Of a stretch of DNA of 64,000 bases, positions 37,724 to 50,309 are shown piece by piece. The stretch's first letter is position 1, and every line of letters begins with the position of its first letter. The DNA is from Chiloscyllium plagiosum (taxonomy: Eukaryota). A model generated the notes under the pieces. It made no database searches and had not been told where the DNA came from. It saw nothing but the letters and a program-made list of their open reading frames with translations. The stretch spans positions 8,914,191 to 8,978,190 of the forward strand of contig NC_057750.1 in NCBI RefSeq assembly GCF_004010195.1, in the 5' to 3' direction. The translations under genes and the position numbers were made by a program.

Positions 37724-38546
37724 AAAAATCAAACAACACCAGGTTATGGTCCAACAGGTTTAATTGAAAAGAGGTAAAAACAATGACTGCAGATGCTGGA
37801 AAACATATTCTGGATCAGTGGTGCTGGAAGAGCACAGCAGTTCAGGCAGCATCCGACGAGCAGCAAAATCGACGTTTCGGGCAAAAGCCCTTCATCAGGA
37901 ATAAAGGCAGAGAGCCTGAAGCGTGGAGAGATAAGCTAGAGGAGGATGGGGGTGGGGAGAAAGTAGCATAGAGTANNNNNNNNNNNNNNNNNNNNNNNNN
38001 NNNNNNNNNNNNNNNNNNNNNNNNNNNNNNNNNNNNNNNNNNNNNNNNNNNNNNNNNNNNNNNNNNNNNNNNNNNNNNNNNNNNNNNNNNNNNNNNNNNN
38101 NNNNNNNNNNNNNNNNNNNNNNNNNNNNNNNNNNNNNNNNNNNNNNNNNNNNNNNNNNNNNNNNNNNNNNNNNNNNNNNNNNNNNNNNNNNNNNTATTAG
38201 TGGATGTGCAGGTAAAACCTTGATGGATGTGGAAGGCTCCTTTAGGGCGTTTCTCCCCACCCCCACCCTCCTCTAGCTTATCTCTCCACGCTTCAGGCTC
38301 TCTGCCTTTATTCCTGATGAAGGGCTTTTGCCCGAAACGTCGATTTCGCTGCTCGTCGGATGCTGCCTAAATTGCTGTGCTCTCCCAGCACCACTGATCC
38401 AGAACAAGGTTTAATTGAAAGCATACTCCTTCAAGGAGCAGCGCTTCGAAAGCTGGTGCTTCCAATTAAACCTGTTGGACTATAACCTGGTGTTGTGTGA
38501 TTTTTAACTTTGTACACCCCAGTCCAACACTGGCATCTCCAAATCA
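37724..38546 (+). mobile_element. PLE inverted-pair insertion (13-bp TSD) containing a second PLE (37770-38406, 14-bp TSD)
   Basis: Outer TSD tggtagttatgtt at 37711-37723 and 38547-38559; inner TSD aggtttaattgaaa at 37756-37769 and 38407-38420; gap 37976-38194. Confidence 0.85.
38310..38345 (+). ncRNA. Minimal type I hammerhead ribozyme motif (PLE)
   Basis: CTGATGA-a-gggc-tttt-gccc-GAAACGTC; an antisense copy lies near 37866-37901. Confidence 0.65.
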
Positions 38547-39697
38547 TGGTAGTTATGTTGTTAACTTAGTGTTGTAAGCATGCCTGGAATCACGTTACAG
38601 GGCTCCAGTAACAGATAATGGGCATGCATTGTGATAGGTTAGCTGAATCACTGGGAGGTGAGCTAATGCTGAAGGTGATGGTGTTGTAGTGTGATGGGTT
38701 ATGTGTGATGGAGGGAGCTAGTGTGGCAGACAATGATTAGTTTAGAAAGACAAAGCAAGCCAGCATGATTGGTTATGCTAATGTTATCCGATAAACGGGG
38801 GAAGAACAACTGTACAAGTTGCAGAAGAACAAAGAGATTGTGGGGAGCTCGGGAAGACATTTTGCTGACTCCCACAGCTTTGCTTTTGCAAGATGAAAAT
38901 TTAATTTCATGAAGGATTTTCTGTGTCTCCTGGTAATTTTTGACAGAACATTGAGTGATTCTTCCACAACGATCCAAATCTACCATCGTCACCCTCTATT
39001 CCCTTTTCTCTTACGTACCCCATGTATAGCAACCACACCCTGTGGGGGCAAGTTCCACATTCTCGCCGTTTTCTGGGTAGAGATGCTTCTTTCCCCAAAT
39101 TCCTTCTTAGAGCTCTTGGTGACACTCAATAGCAGCGGTGTGTCCCATCGACAAGACACACTGTGGACTCTCACCAAGGCTCCTCAGACAGCACCTTCCA
39201 AACCCGGCGATCTTTACCATCTTGAAGGACAAGGGCAGCAGCTACATGGGAACATCATCTTCTTGCAAGTTCCCCTCCACCATCCTGACTTGGAAATACA
39301 TCGCTGTTCCTTCACTCTCACTGGATCAAAATCCTGGAGCACCTTCCCTGTTGGCATTGTAGGTCTACCTGTACCACATGGATTGCGATTGTTCATGTTG
39401 GGAGACTGTTTTTGACCAGCACAGACTCAATAGGCTGAATGGCCTATTCTTCCAGTGCTGTAGGTCTCTAAGAGGGCAGCTCACCACCATTTTCTCAAGG
39501 GAGAAAAATGGAAAAAAATAACCCATAAATGAATTTAAAAAAAAATATTGATGACTTCTAGTCATGCTGTTCCCGAAGGGAAACTTTCCATCAGTATTCA
39601 CTGTCAAAATGTTTCAGAGTTGTATAGACCTTAATTAGTTGTATGGAAATTCTATAAATAGAAAGCAGGAAGCATCAGCAATGCTTCATCAGGAGGC

Positions 39698-39737
39698 TCA
39701 CTGAAGATGTTACCTCGTATGGTGATGAAACGTCTGA
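39698..39737 (+). ncRNA. Minimal type I hammerhead ribozyme motif in a PLE terminal repeat (39660-39810)
   Basis: tca-CTGAAGA-t-gttacc-tcgtat-ggtgat-GAAACGTC-tga: stems I and II pair, stem III is palindromic ACGT. Confidence 0.7.
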
Positions 39738-39949
39738 AAATGAACCTTCCAGCTCAGCGAGCAACCCTACATCCAGACCCTCAACCTGAGCTACAAATCT
39801 TCTCAAAACTTGTCTTTCACCGAGTTGATGGTTGTCCAGGCACGGTGGATGTTTGCTGAAAATGTGTTGCTGGAAAAGCGCAGCAGGTCAGGCAGCATCC
39901 AAGGAACAGGAGAATCGACGTTTCGGGCATAAGCCCTTCCTCAGGAATG

Positions 39950-40765
39950 TTTCTGGATGTTTGTCTTGGTGCGCATCCTGGGAAATAGACCATCGAGCAC
40001 AGAGTCTCACGTCACGGGAGCTGCTCGGGATCAACATGGACTAAACCTTCTACCCAGACTTCCTTCGCAAAGGTACTTTCCAGAAGGAGATGTGTGCCAG
40101 TCTCATCCACCCCCCCCGACGACAGCTCCTTCGAGGGCAGTGTGAGGGGCCGTAGAGAGTCCAGGTATACGTGAAAGGTCTCACAGGTAGTGCCATTCTC
40201 ACCACCAGCCAAGCGATGTCTTGGTGCTTGTTGGAAAGTTCTGGTGATGAGGCATTCTGCCAAATGGCTCTGACAGTCTGCTCAGGGAGCCACTCAATAA
40301 GATGCCCCCTTTCCTTTTCCCACAGGATATTGAGGATGCGATGGGCTGACCACTTCTTAACGGATTGTGGTTAAACATGTTTTTCTTTGTAAATTCCTCC
40401 ATGAGGGACAGGTGAATTGGAACAGTCCAACTGCTTGGAGCCTTCCACAGCTATGAGGCCAGTCCATTTCTTCATAACACCGGGGACAGTTCGAACCTCG
40501 GTATGTAGTGATGCTTGGTGGTTGCTTCCCACAGATCCATCCACAGTTTGATGCAGCTGCCCACAAAGGTGGCCGTCAGGTTGAGGGCAGCGTTGGGTAT
40601 GTCCTTCCCTGGCTTTATTCAGAACTTTGTCCGTGGTGTCCTTGTGGACAAGGGTCCATCCTAGACCTCCCAGATGAAGTGGAAAATGGTCCGTGTGACC
40701 GCAACGGCACAGGTTCGGGGAATGGGCCAGACCTGCGCCACATACAACCAAGAGATGTGGGTCTC
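39950..40765 (-). mobile_element. Decayed Tx1-like LINE ORF2 3' fragment
   Basis: Minus strand ETGTHLLLESTFAKEVW matches the 18990-19050 peptide; also VAQVWPIP. Confidence 0.7.
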
Positions 40766-41800
40766 CCTCCTATCGGAAGGGTGTTGTGAAACCTGAAAGG
40801 GTTTAGAAAAAAATTACAAGGATGTTGCCAGGGTTGGAGGGTTTGAGCTACGTGGAGAAGCTGAACAGGCTGGGGCTGTATTCCCTGGAGCGTCAGAGGC
40901 TGAGGGGGTGACCTTAATAGAGGTTTATAAAATCGTGAAGGGCATGGATAGGGTGAATGGACAAGGTCTTTTCCCTGGGGTTGGGGAGTCCAGAACTAGA
41001 GGGCATAGGTTTAAGGTGAGAGGGGAAAGATATAAAAGTGACCTGTGGAGCAACCTTTTCACGCAGAGGGTGTCCAGCTACCTGATGAAGGAGCGGTGCT
41101 CTGAAAGCTAGTGCTTCCAAATAAACCTGTTGGATTATAACCTGGTGCTGTGTGATTTTTAACTTCAATGGTCAGAGCATTGAGTAGAGAAGTTGGGACA
41201 CTTTGTTGCAGATGTTAATTAGGCCACATTTGGAATACTGTGTACAAATACGATCGTTCTGCTATAGGAAGGATATTATTAAATTAGTAGATTTACTGGG
41301 ATGCTATGTGGACCGGAAGGTTTGAGTTATAAAGAAAGGCGGGATAGGCCAGGACATTTTTTCCTGGAGTTTAGGAGACTGAGGGGTGACCTTATAGCAT
41401 CTGCAGACCTCACTTTCTCCTGGTGACCTTATAGAGGTCCAAAATAACGTGAGAGGCATAGATAAGGTAGATAGCCAACAGCTTTCCCCCAGGGTGGGGC
41501 ATTCTGAAGCCAGAGGGCAGAGGTTAAAGGTGAGAGTGGAGAGACACAAAAGCTTCCAGGGGGCAATTTTGTTCGCACAGACGGTGGTGAGTGTCTGGAA
41601 TGAGCTGTCTCAGGTAGTGGAGGAGGCAAATACAATTTAAGAAACATTTACTCAGGCATTTGGATGGGACAGACATGGAGGGATATGGACCAAACGCAGG
41701 CAAATGGGACTAGTTTAATTGTGAAAACTGGGCAGCATGGACAAGTTGGGCCGAATGGCCTGTTTCCATGCTGTAAACCACCATGACCCTATGACAACAA
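40765..41800 (+). mobile_element. Tandem CR1 3' fragments with an inserted PLE terminus (41072-41165)
   Basis: LIEVYKIVKGMDRVNGQGLFPGVGESRTRGHRFKVRGER; second copy from about 41170. Confidence 0.8.
41079..41113 (+). ncRNA. Minimal type I hammerhead ribozyme motif (third PLE family)
   Basis: tac-CTGATGA-a-ggagc-ggt-gctct-GAAAGCTA-gtg; stem III is palindromic AGCT. Confidence 0.65.
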
Positions 41801-42639
41801 ATATATTATTCTGAGTCACTATGTTCAGGTGTGGAGGAGGAGGGAAAACTGGAGATAATGCTCAACATTGTTGAGACCTTGCAGGTTTATGTCTATAGGG
41901 CAGAACCTTTGGGTCTCAGGAAGAGAGTGTAAATACCTTATCTAATCTCAGACCTCAGATGTCATTTATGAATGGTTGGAGTTTATGATGTCAGCTGGAG
42001 CTCTCCTGCTTCGATTGCAGATCTGCAACTGCCTCCGAGGCATCTATTAGTCTCCAAGTTGACAAGATATCCTGGTTAAACTTCCCAGATTATGTGCCAT
42101 GCATCCAGGGTCCCCAAAGGCAGATTAAAAATACACCACCGTAATGGAATAGAGGGTGATCTGGCAAGAGGGAGCAAGAGAGCAAGAAGGAGACAGAGAG
42201 CAAGGAGAGAGTGGGAAGAGCAAAGAGAGAGAGACACACAGACAATGAACAAGGAGCAATGAGAGAGTCGCAGACAGAGTAAGGGAAATTTACAAAGACT
42301 TTGTAGGCCATTCAGCCCAACTGTCCAATGCCAGCATATCATTCTTTCATTCAGGACCAATGGGCATCACTGTCAAGGCCAACATTTCACGTTCATCCTG
42401 AATTGCCCTGAGGGGACTTAAGGGGCAAGTGTGTGTGTGCGTGTGTCTGTCATAGACTCATAGAGCTGTACAGCATGGTAACAGACCCTTCGGTCCAACT
42501 CATCTGTATCGCCCAGATATCCTAACCTAATCTAGTCCCATTTGCCAGCAAAAAGCCCATATCTCTCTAAACCCTTCCTAGTCATATATCCATCCAGATG
42601 CTTTTTAAATGTTCTAATTATACCAGCCTCCATCTGGCA

Positions 42640-43060
42640 GTGCGTGCGTGCGCACGCGTGTGTGCATGCATGCATGTACGTTGGTGTGTGATTGTGTGTG
42701 TGTGGATGTGTGCGTGTGTGCGCACATGTGTGTGTTTGGGCGTGCATGTGCTTGTGTGTGAGTGCGATCATCTGTGTGTGTGCATGTATGTGTGTGCGTG
42801 TTTATGTGTGTATCTGTGTGTGCATATGTGTGGGTGTGCGTGTATACATGCATGTGTGTGTGGGCGTGCATGTGAGTGTATATGTGTGCGTGCATGTGTG
42901 TGTGCGTGCATGTGTGTGTGCGCGTATTTGTGTGTGCATGTGTGTGCGTGCATATGCGTGTGAGCATGTTTGTGTGTGTGCATGTGTGTGCATGTGCGTG
43001 TGTGTGTTTGCATGTGCGTGTGTGTGTGCGTGCGTGTATGTGTGAGTGTGTGTGTGTGAA
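42640..43060. repeat. TG/TGCA/TGCG compound microsatellite
   Basis: Direct observation; abuts a PLE ORF end. Confidence 0.9.
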
Positions 43061-43069
43061 TAGTGTAGT

Positions 43070-43230
43070 GGGGTCACCTGTAGTGTGACATGAACCCAAG
43101 GTCCCGGTTAAGGCCATCCCCATGGGTACCAACCTTGGTTATCAGCCTCTGCTCAGCCACTTTGCATTGTTGCATATCCCAAAGTCATCCTTAGAGGATG
43201 GTCACCCGAAGATCTGAGGCCAAATGACTG
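43070..43230 (-). mobile_element. PLE GIY-YIG C-terminal fragment
   Basis: Minus strand ASDLRVTIL...KVAEQRLITKVGTHGDGLNRDLGFMSHYR. Confidence 0.75.
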
Positions 43231-44284
43231 CACTAATTTTGAGAAGGAGCAAATTACTGCAGATGCAGCAATCTGTACTGAAAACAACAAAGGCTGGAGG
43301 TCACAGCTGGTCAGGAAGCATCCATGGAGAGAGAGCAAGCTAACGTTTCCAGTCTAGATGTTTAATATTGAGACAACCGGATCACAGGGCAGCTGATTGG
43401 CATCTGCAGTCCTTCACTAATATGTGTGTCTTCAAGTATACCTGAGGCCTGCATTTAGTGGTTCAGACGGCTTTCAACAGAGGTCAATGTGTAATCACAA
43501 TGGCTTTCTCTGACCTAGACGATGGTGCACTGAAGTTTTGAAGACCATATTTAAAATGAAGGTACACTGGCCTGTGGGTATCCTATTGTTCTCAGAAATG
43601 GGAACTTTAGTTGGACATACAATCATTCTCTGCCATCCAATATTATAGGAGCCATTCAGATTGGATTATTAGCCCATTGTTGCATGAGCAACCGTTTTTT
43701 TTACATAATCAGAAATAATCTTCATAGTGTGAACATGCTTAACTAAATCTTTTTCAGTGCCCATTGATTGCCAACACTTATATTCTGCAGGTATTCCAAA
43801 CTGCCACAGGTTTAGGTTTGTTCCAAACAGTGTCATGTTCAGCTTCGCTGCTTCTCATGTATCATTTGTGAAACTTTGTGCATGTGTTCCCATTTACATG
43901 CACAGTCTACTGCTCATTGACAATCCAAATATCAATTAAACTAGTTACTGGGGTAAATTTTCCAATTATGTGTTCCTGGTACTGTTTCTCACCTCAGGGG
44001 AGTTCATATCAGGAAATCAGGAATCTACAACATAGAAATGTCTCTCCATTTGATGGAAAAATTTACAGTAAACTATGGGTACATGATATTTTGGTATGTT
44101 CGTGTGACAGGTAAAACTCCATGCCTTGGAGCATGTATAATTGGAAGATAGAACCAAAAGGGTTAGAAAGATTCAAGGGGTATGCATGCCAAAACTGAAA
44201 GGTATAGAACAAAGATATTTAGAAATTATTATAATGCTTCTTTCCTTTCTTTGTTAATGTTCATTATCTTTGCCCCTTATGACT

Positions 44285-44540
44285 GAGCTGGGGTTTGTTA
44301 GCTCAGTTGGCTGGATGTCTGTTTGTGATGCCAACAGTGTGGGTTTAATTTCTGCGCAAATTGAGGATATCATGACGGACTTTCCTTCTTAACCCCTTCC
44401 CTCACCTGAGGGGTGTGAAGCTCATGTTAAATCATCACCAGCCATCTCTCTCTCTCTCTCTCCTTCTCTCTCTCTCTGTGTCTCGCTAATAAGAGAGCAG
44501 TATTATGGTCCGATTGGACAATGAATGACTTTGCTTTTAC
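44285..44540 (+). mobile_element. tRNA-derived SINE, third family (here family C)
   Basis: A-box-like tagctcagttgg and B-box-like gggtttaattt; related copies at 60975-61165, 37390-37590 (minus) and 22090-22200. Confidence 0.65.
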
Positions 44541-45519
44541 AAAGCTGCAAGTACCATTCTTTAAATTGTCTTCTCTGAAGCCTCTTTGATTTTCTGCTGA
44601 GATTAGTGAGTGTGTGTGAGTGTGTGTGTGAGTGTGAGTGTGAGTGTGTGTGTGAGAGTGAGTGTGTGTGTGAGTGTGAGTGTGTGTGTGTGTGAATGTG
44701 AGTGTATGAGTGTGTGAGTGTGTGTTGGTAGTCCATTCTCAGCATCCACTGCCTCCACCCCCGACTCTCAGTAGCAGCAGTGTGTACCACCTACAGGATG
44801 CGCTGCAGAAATTCACCAAAGATCCCATTCCTTTGCCGTTCCTTCAGCGTCGCTGGGTCGAATCCTGGCATTCCCTCCCGAATAGCATTGTGTGGGTGTC
44901 CCTACAGCACATGGACTGCAGCGATTCGAGAAGGCCACTCACCACCACCTTCTCAAGGACAGGTTAGACAATAAGTGTTGGCCCAGCCGATGTTGCCCAC
45001 ATCCTGTGAACAAAGACTAAAAGAAAGGACCAACCTGATATCGCCAAAGGACACATTTTGACCAGGGTTTACTGTTCTGCATTGGACTAGAGCCATGGGT
45101 TCCTTCATGTCAACTCAGAGTGTTGGTTTAATATGCCTCCATTATATGGATCTTCTAACAGTGCTACAGTCCCTCAGTACCTCACTGAGAGTGTCAGCTG
45201 GGATTGTGCTAGGGATGGATGCTGGTGTACAACAAGGCAAGCACAGGGACCTCCTGATGTTTAATGACTACATTCGCTCCCTACTGTGCTACAATGCACA
45301 TGAGAAGATCTGAATTCAAAACATCACTTGATTTTGCCGATCCTGGTCCCATCAGGACAGATGCAAGAATGCCAAATTTCAAAAATTTATTTTGCAGGAC
45401 AGAAGGGTGCCAGTTAATAGGCACGTTGACTCTGATTGGCTAAGGTATAACCACGGGGAAAGAAACAGGGGATTATGGGATCATCACCCTCACAGATAAT
45501 TCAAAACAGAGCATAAAAC

Positions 45520-46105
45520 CATGGGAACTAGGAACAGGAGTAGGTCATTCGGCCCCTCGAGCCTGCTCCGCCATTCATTAGGATCGCGGCTGATCCAATA
45601 TTCCTCAGGCTGGAGATTAGAGTCAAGAGAGTGGCGCTGGAAAAGCACAGCAGGCCGGGCAGCATCCGAGGAGCAGGAGAACCGATGTTTTGGGCAAAAC
45701 CTCTTCATCTGGAGCGTCCACTGTCCTGCCCTTTCCTCAACTGACCAAGAATCTCTCTCAGCCTTAAATGTACACAAGGACTCTGCCCCCACAGCTCCCT
45801 GTGGTAAGGAGTTCCAAAGACTCACAGCCCTCTGACAGAAGAAATTCCTCCTCATCTCAGCCCCTTCATTCAGAGACTGTGCCCTCTGGTCCTAAACTCT
45901 CTGATGAGGGGGAAACATCCTCTCAGCATTTACCCTGTCAAGCCCCTTAAGAATCCTGGATGAGCTCACCCCTCCTTGTTCTAAACCCCAGGGAGTAGAG
46001 TCCCGACCTGTTTAACCTTTGGTATTAAGACAATCCCTCCATCCCAGGGATCATCCTAGTGAACCTTCTCTGAAATGCCTCCAATGAAATCATTCCTCAA
46101 GTAAG
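45520..46105 (-). mobile_element. CR1 3' fragment with an inserted PLE terminus (about 45610-45710)
   Basis: MRRNFFCQRAVSLWNSLPQGAVGAESLCTFKAE. Confidence 0.8.
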
Positions 46106-46109
46106 TTTC

Positions 46110-46390
46110 GAACATATTTCTCTTGTTTTTGGAGTTCAGGGTCCCCGTGAATAAAGAAATGAGTTTCTTGTAAGCGTAAATTGAGCTGCATCATGAGCTC
46201 GACTGATAACCTGAATTTGGTGATTGATGTAGCTGTTAGCACACTTAGGATTGTTCAACAAGTGTCGCTCAATTGCTGAATCACATCCAAACACAGAGAT
46301 TTTGCTTTATTGTTGAAAGCATAGGCCGTTGTGGTTGTGGGCATGTTCGCCGAGCTGGGAAATACTGGCACCCGAACTACAAATCTTTAT
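46110..46390 (-). mobile_element. Old PLE GIY-YIG C-terminal fragment
   Basis: Minus strand CDSAIERHLLNNPKCANSYINHQIQVISRAH. Confidence 0.6.
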
Positions 46391-47734
46391 AAAAACATTT
46401 ACACAGGCATATGGATGGGATAGATTAGATTAGATTACTTACAGTGTGGAAACAGGCCCTTCGGCCCAACAAGTCCACACCGACCTTCTGAAGAGCAACC
46501 CTCCCAGACCCATTTACCCCTTCACCTAACACTACTGACAATTTAGCATGGCCAATTCACCTAACCTGCACATTTTTGGATATGGACCAAATGCCGGGTC
46601 CAAACGAGAGGGATATGGACCAAGCCTTGAGAACAGGCTGGTGGGGTGTGATCGAAATGAAAAAAGCTGTTGTCACATGATGCGGAATTGAGGCTGCACC
46701 AATCTGCACCGTTGAATGAGCTGCTGAATCACCCTCGCAGGGCTCTCTCCCCTCTGAGTCAGAAAGTGTGGTGCTGGAAAAGCATAGCCAGACAGGCAGC
46801 TGCTGAGGAATAGGAGAGTCGACGTTTCGCGCATAAGCTCTTCATCAGGAGCTTCCTTGTGTTTGGAGTTCAGGGTCCCCATGAATAAACAAATGAGTTT
46901 CTTGTAAACATAAATTGAGCTACATCATGAGCTCGACTGATAACCTGAATTTGGTGATTGGTGTAGCTGTTAGCACACTTAGGATTGTTCAACAAGAGCT
47001 TATGCCCAAAATGTCGACTGCTCAGATGCTGCCTGACCTGCTGTGCTTTCACCGTGCTACACTTTTTGACTCTGATTTCCAGCATCTGCAGTGCTCACTT
47101 TCTCCTCTCTCTCCTCTCCCCTGGTTATAAACATCCAATTCCCTGCAGACTAGCTCCAGAACATGGCCAGCGCTCTGAGCTCCACAGTCACACAAGAATC
47201 ATGCAATCGTTACCACACAGTAGAAGGCCATCCAACCCATCGTGTCCATGCTAGCCTTTCTCATGTACTGCCACTGTCTGCCCCATCCCTGCCACTCCCT
47301 GATTCGTCCCTTGCTATCTCTGTGAATTGATCCAGTCCCACAATGTGTGAGAGCACTGCACGCCTCCAACTTTGGTCACTGTCGATTCTCCAAAACTGCC
47401 TCCAGCTGCCTGGGTCCCAAACTCTGGAATTCCCTCCCTAAACCTCTCCGCCTCTGTTTCCTCTTCCGCGGAGCTCCTTAAAGCCTTTTCGACCCAGCTC
47501 TTGGTGCACCTGAAGGATCTCATCAAGTGTCACGGTGTCATATTCGGTTTGACCACCGTCCTGTGAAGCGGCTCTGGGAAATTGTATCAAGTTTAGGGCG
47601 CTATATAAATGTAAGTTACTACAGCATGACCGCGTGGTGGGTTGGCAGTGTGCCCACGTGGCAGTGTGACCGAATGTTCATTGGGCCTACTTGGCGTAAC
47701 TCTGTTCTCTTTGTTGATGAGAGTGAGAAACGTA

Positions 47735-48108
47735 GAATCATAGAGTCATAGAGATATACAGCATGGAAACAGACCCTTCAGTCCAACCCGTCCATGCCAA
47801 CCAGATATCCTAACCTAATCTAGTCCCATTTGCCAGCACCCGGCCCAGGAAAAGACTTTGTCTATTTATCCTATCCATGCCCCTCATGATTTTATAAACC
47901 TCTATAAGGTCACCCCTCAGCCTCCGACGCTCCAGGGAAAACAGCCCCAGCCTGTTCAGCCTCTCCCTATAGCTCAAACCCTCCAACCCTGGCAACATCC
48001 TTGTAAATCTTTTCTAAACCCTTTCAAGTTTCACAACATCTTTCCGATAGGGGGGAGACCAGAATTGCACGCGATATTCCAACAGTGGCCTAACTAATGT
48101 CCTGTACA
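47735..48108 (-). mobile_element. CR1 LINE 3' fragment with internal deletion
   Basis: MLPGLEGLSYRERLNRLGLFSLERRRLRGDLIEVYKIMRG. Confidence 0.88.
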
Positions 48109-50309
48109 TTATCTTAACATGGCCACATGATCTTAAAAGGCCTCTCAGCAGGTGGTGGTCCAGGAGACTTTCTTTTCATGAAGAGGGTGAGCGTGGGTCC
48201 ACAATGGGGCCTGGCATCAGCGCCTCATTGGCGAAAAGATGGCACCCAAAACCTGGAGATTCCAAAGTCGGTGGGTCTGGGAGAAGGGTGGGGGAGCAGG
48301 TGTCATTGGTCAGGGATCACGGCGAAGGGACGAAGATGGATTCTCAGCTTTACCTTTTCATTCTTCTTGTTTCTTAAAATATCCAAAATGACATCGGACC
48401 TTGTCTTTCACCGTGTCGCTCGTTGTAGAGTATAATCGACAGTCAATCATCGTTCATTCATTAAATCTGAAACCCTTTCCTCCAGAAAATCCGTAGTTGT
48501 CCATTGAGATGGTGGGGTGTTGGTCCAGCTCAGGACTTCAAGGGATTATGGAACCCAAAATGAGTAGTTGGACATTACGATAGTTAGGACCCTTCCCCAA
48601 GTCAGACACGATGCCCCCAAACCATCCAACTCTTGGGTAGGGGGGGGAGGAACTGGCTCCCCTTCTTTATTTAACTTGCCCCCATATTGGTCACCACAAG
48701 AAAAAAAGATACCACGCTCTTAAACCAAATTGTGCTTATGTTCGCAAGGAGTCAGCTTAAGTAAGCTTTCTTGAGCTAACAAAAGAGTCCATTTATTATT
48801 TGCTAAACATGAGAGAGATTAATAACACAGAAAAGGAAGGAAGTCCAAAAATAAGACTCAAAAATAAATGGACCAGTCTGAGGGGTTCATCTGGAGTAAT
48901 TAGTAGATTGTTTGAGCTTGTTACATTGAATGGTACTGGTAATGTTGATGCTGGTAGTTGAGTAGATTACTGGATCTGCAGGATTATTGAAATTCTTTTG
49001 TCCTGGTTCCTTTCAACAGCAGCTCTCCGAGCAAAATAGTATTTTTCCTTTTTCACCTGCAGCGCAGGGCTGTTTAATGATTGTTCTCGAAGGTCACAGC
49101 ACAAGTCCCTGCACTCATGCATTAGATCACTAACACAGCCAGACCCAGGGTTTGTAGTTGGTTTTTAATCCTGTTTTTTTTAAATATCCCTGGAAGGGGA
49201 CCGTGCAAACACACCTGTGAAAGATGGCTAGTGGATTATCAACCTCTTGTTATCTCTTCTTTTGATATCTTTCTGTTTGAAGTTCCCCTGAGTCTGTACA
49301 GATGTCACATCTGAATGGGTCCAGACAGGGATTTACATCCGCAGTTATCGTAGAATCCTGACAGCATGGAAGCAAGCCATTCGGCCCATCGAGTGAAAGG
49401 TGGAGAGCAGTGGGACACAGACGCTTAGGAAATGGGCGATAGATTTAGACAGTGGATTTTGATTGGCTCAGGCTTGGAGGGCTAAAGGGCCTGTTCCTGA
49501 ACAATTTTCTTTGTTCTTCTTCTTCGAGTCCATTCCGACCCTCCGAAGGGCGACCCACCTTTTGCTGTAACCCTTCATTTCCACCTAACCTGCACACCAA
49601 TGGACTGTGGGAGGAAACCCACTGGGACACGGGGAGAATGTGCAAGCTCTACATAGGCAGCCACCCAAGGGTGGAATCAAACCTGCCACTGCCAGACAGC
49701 AGTGCTAACCACTGAGCCACTGTGTCCTATTAATGTTTGGATGTTCTCTTTAATAAAACATACATCTTAGAATTAAAAGTTCAGTGTGAGTATAAGAACA
49801 TCACGGCGCCATCTGGCATCGTGACATGATGCAAGGTGACTGTGATCCAGCTGATTGGTAGAAGGGGCTTGAGGGACTGAATAGGCTCCTCCCCTTCACA
49901 TATCCACATAAACAGTGGAGGTTTCCCCACCTATCCATTGACTGGAAATACCTGGCATGACTGAAGTTGCAGGGGGTGCGGTTTCTTTTGATGGAGCGGT
50001 TCAGGTATTTCCGTGTGAGTTGCCCACCATTGTTTAGCAGCTCCCTCACCGGTCTCCGGATCCCACACTTGGAATGTAATGTGTAACCTCAGCCTCCTCC
50101 GGAAGTAACCAAAGACCTGGCAGAGAATGCATTCCGGATTAATTCATTTCAAAGCTCACCTTGATGTGTTTGGAATAGAAAGAATAATTTGCTTATACCT
50201 TGATTGACAATTCCTTCTTGTTACACCAGGGGGCACTGTCCCTGCTCTGCTTCAAAACAGGAGCAGGAGAAGTCCACTCAACCCCTCAAGCCTGCTTCAC
50301 CATTTATTC

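Noticed and set aside
42532..43132. Cys/Val-rich and His/Thr-rich ORFs resembling metal-binding proteins
   Set aside because: Translation of a TG/TGCA microsatellite.
48120..49330. Unique-looking 1.2 kb that could be an exon or LTR
   Set aside because: No recognisable peptide, termini or TSD could be established by eye; left unannotated.
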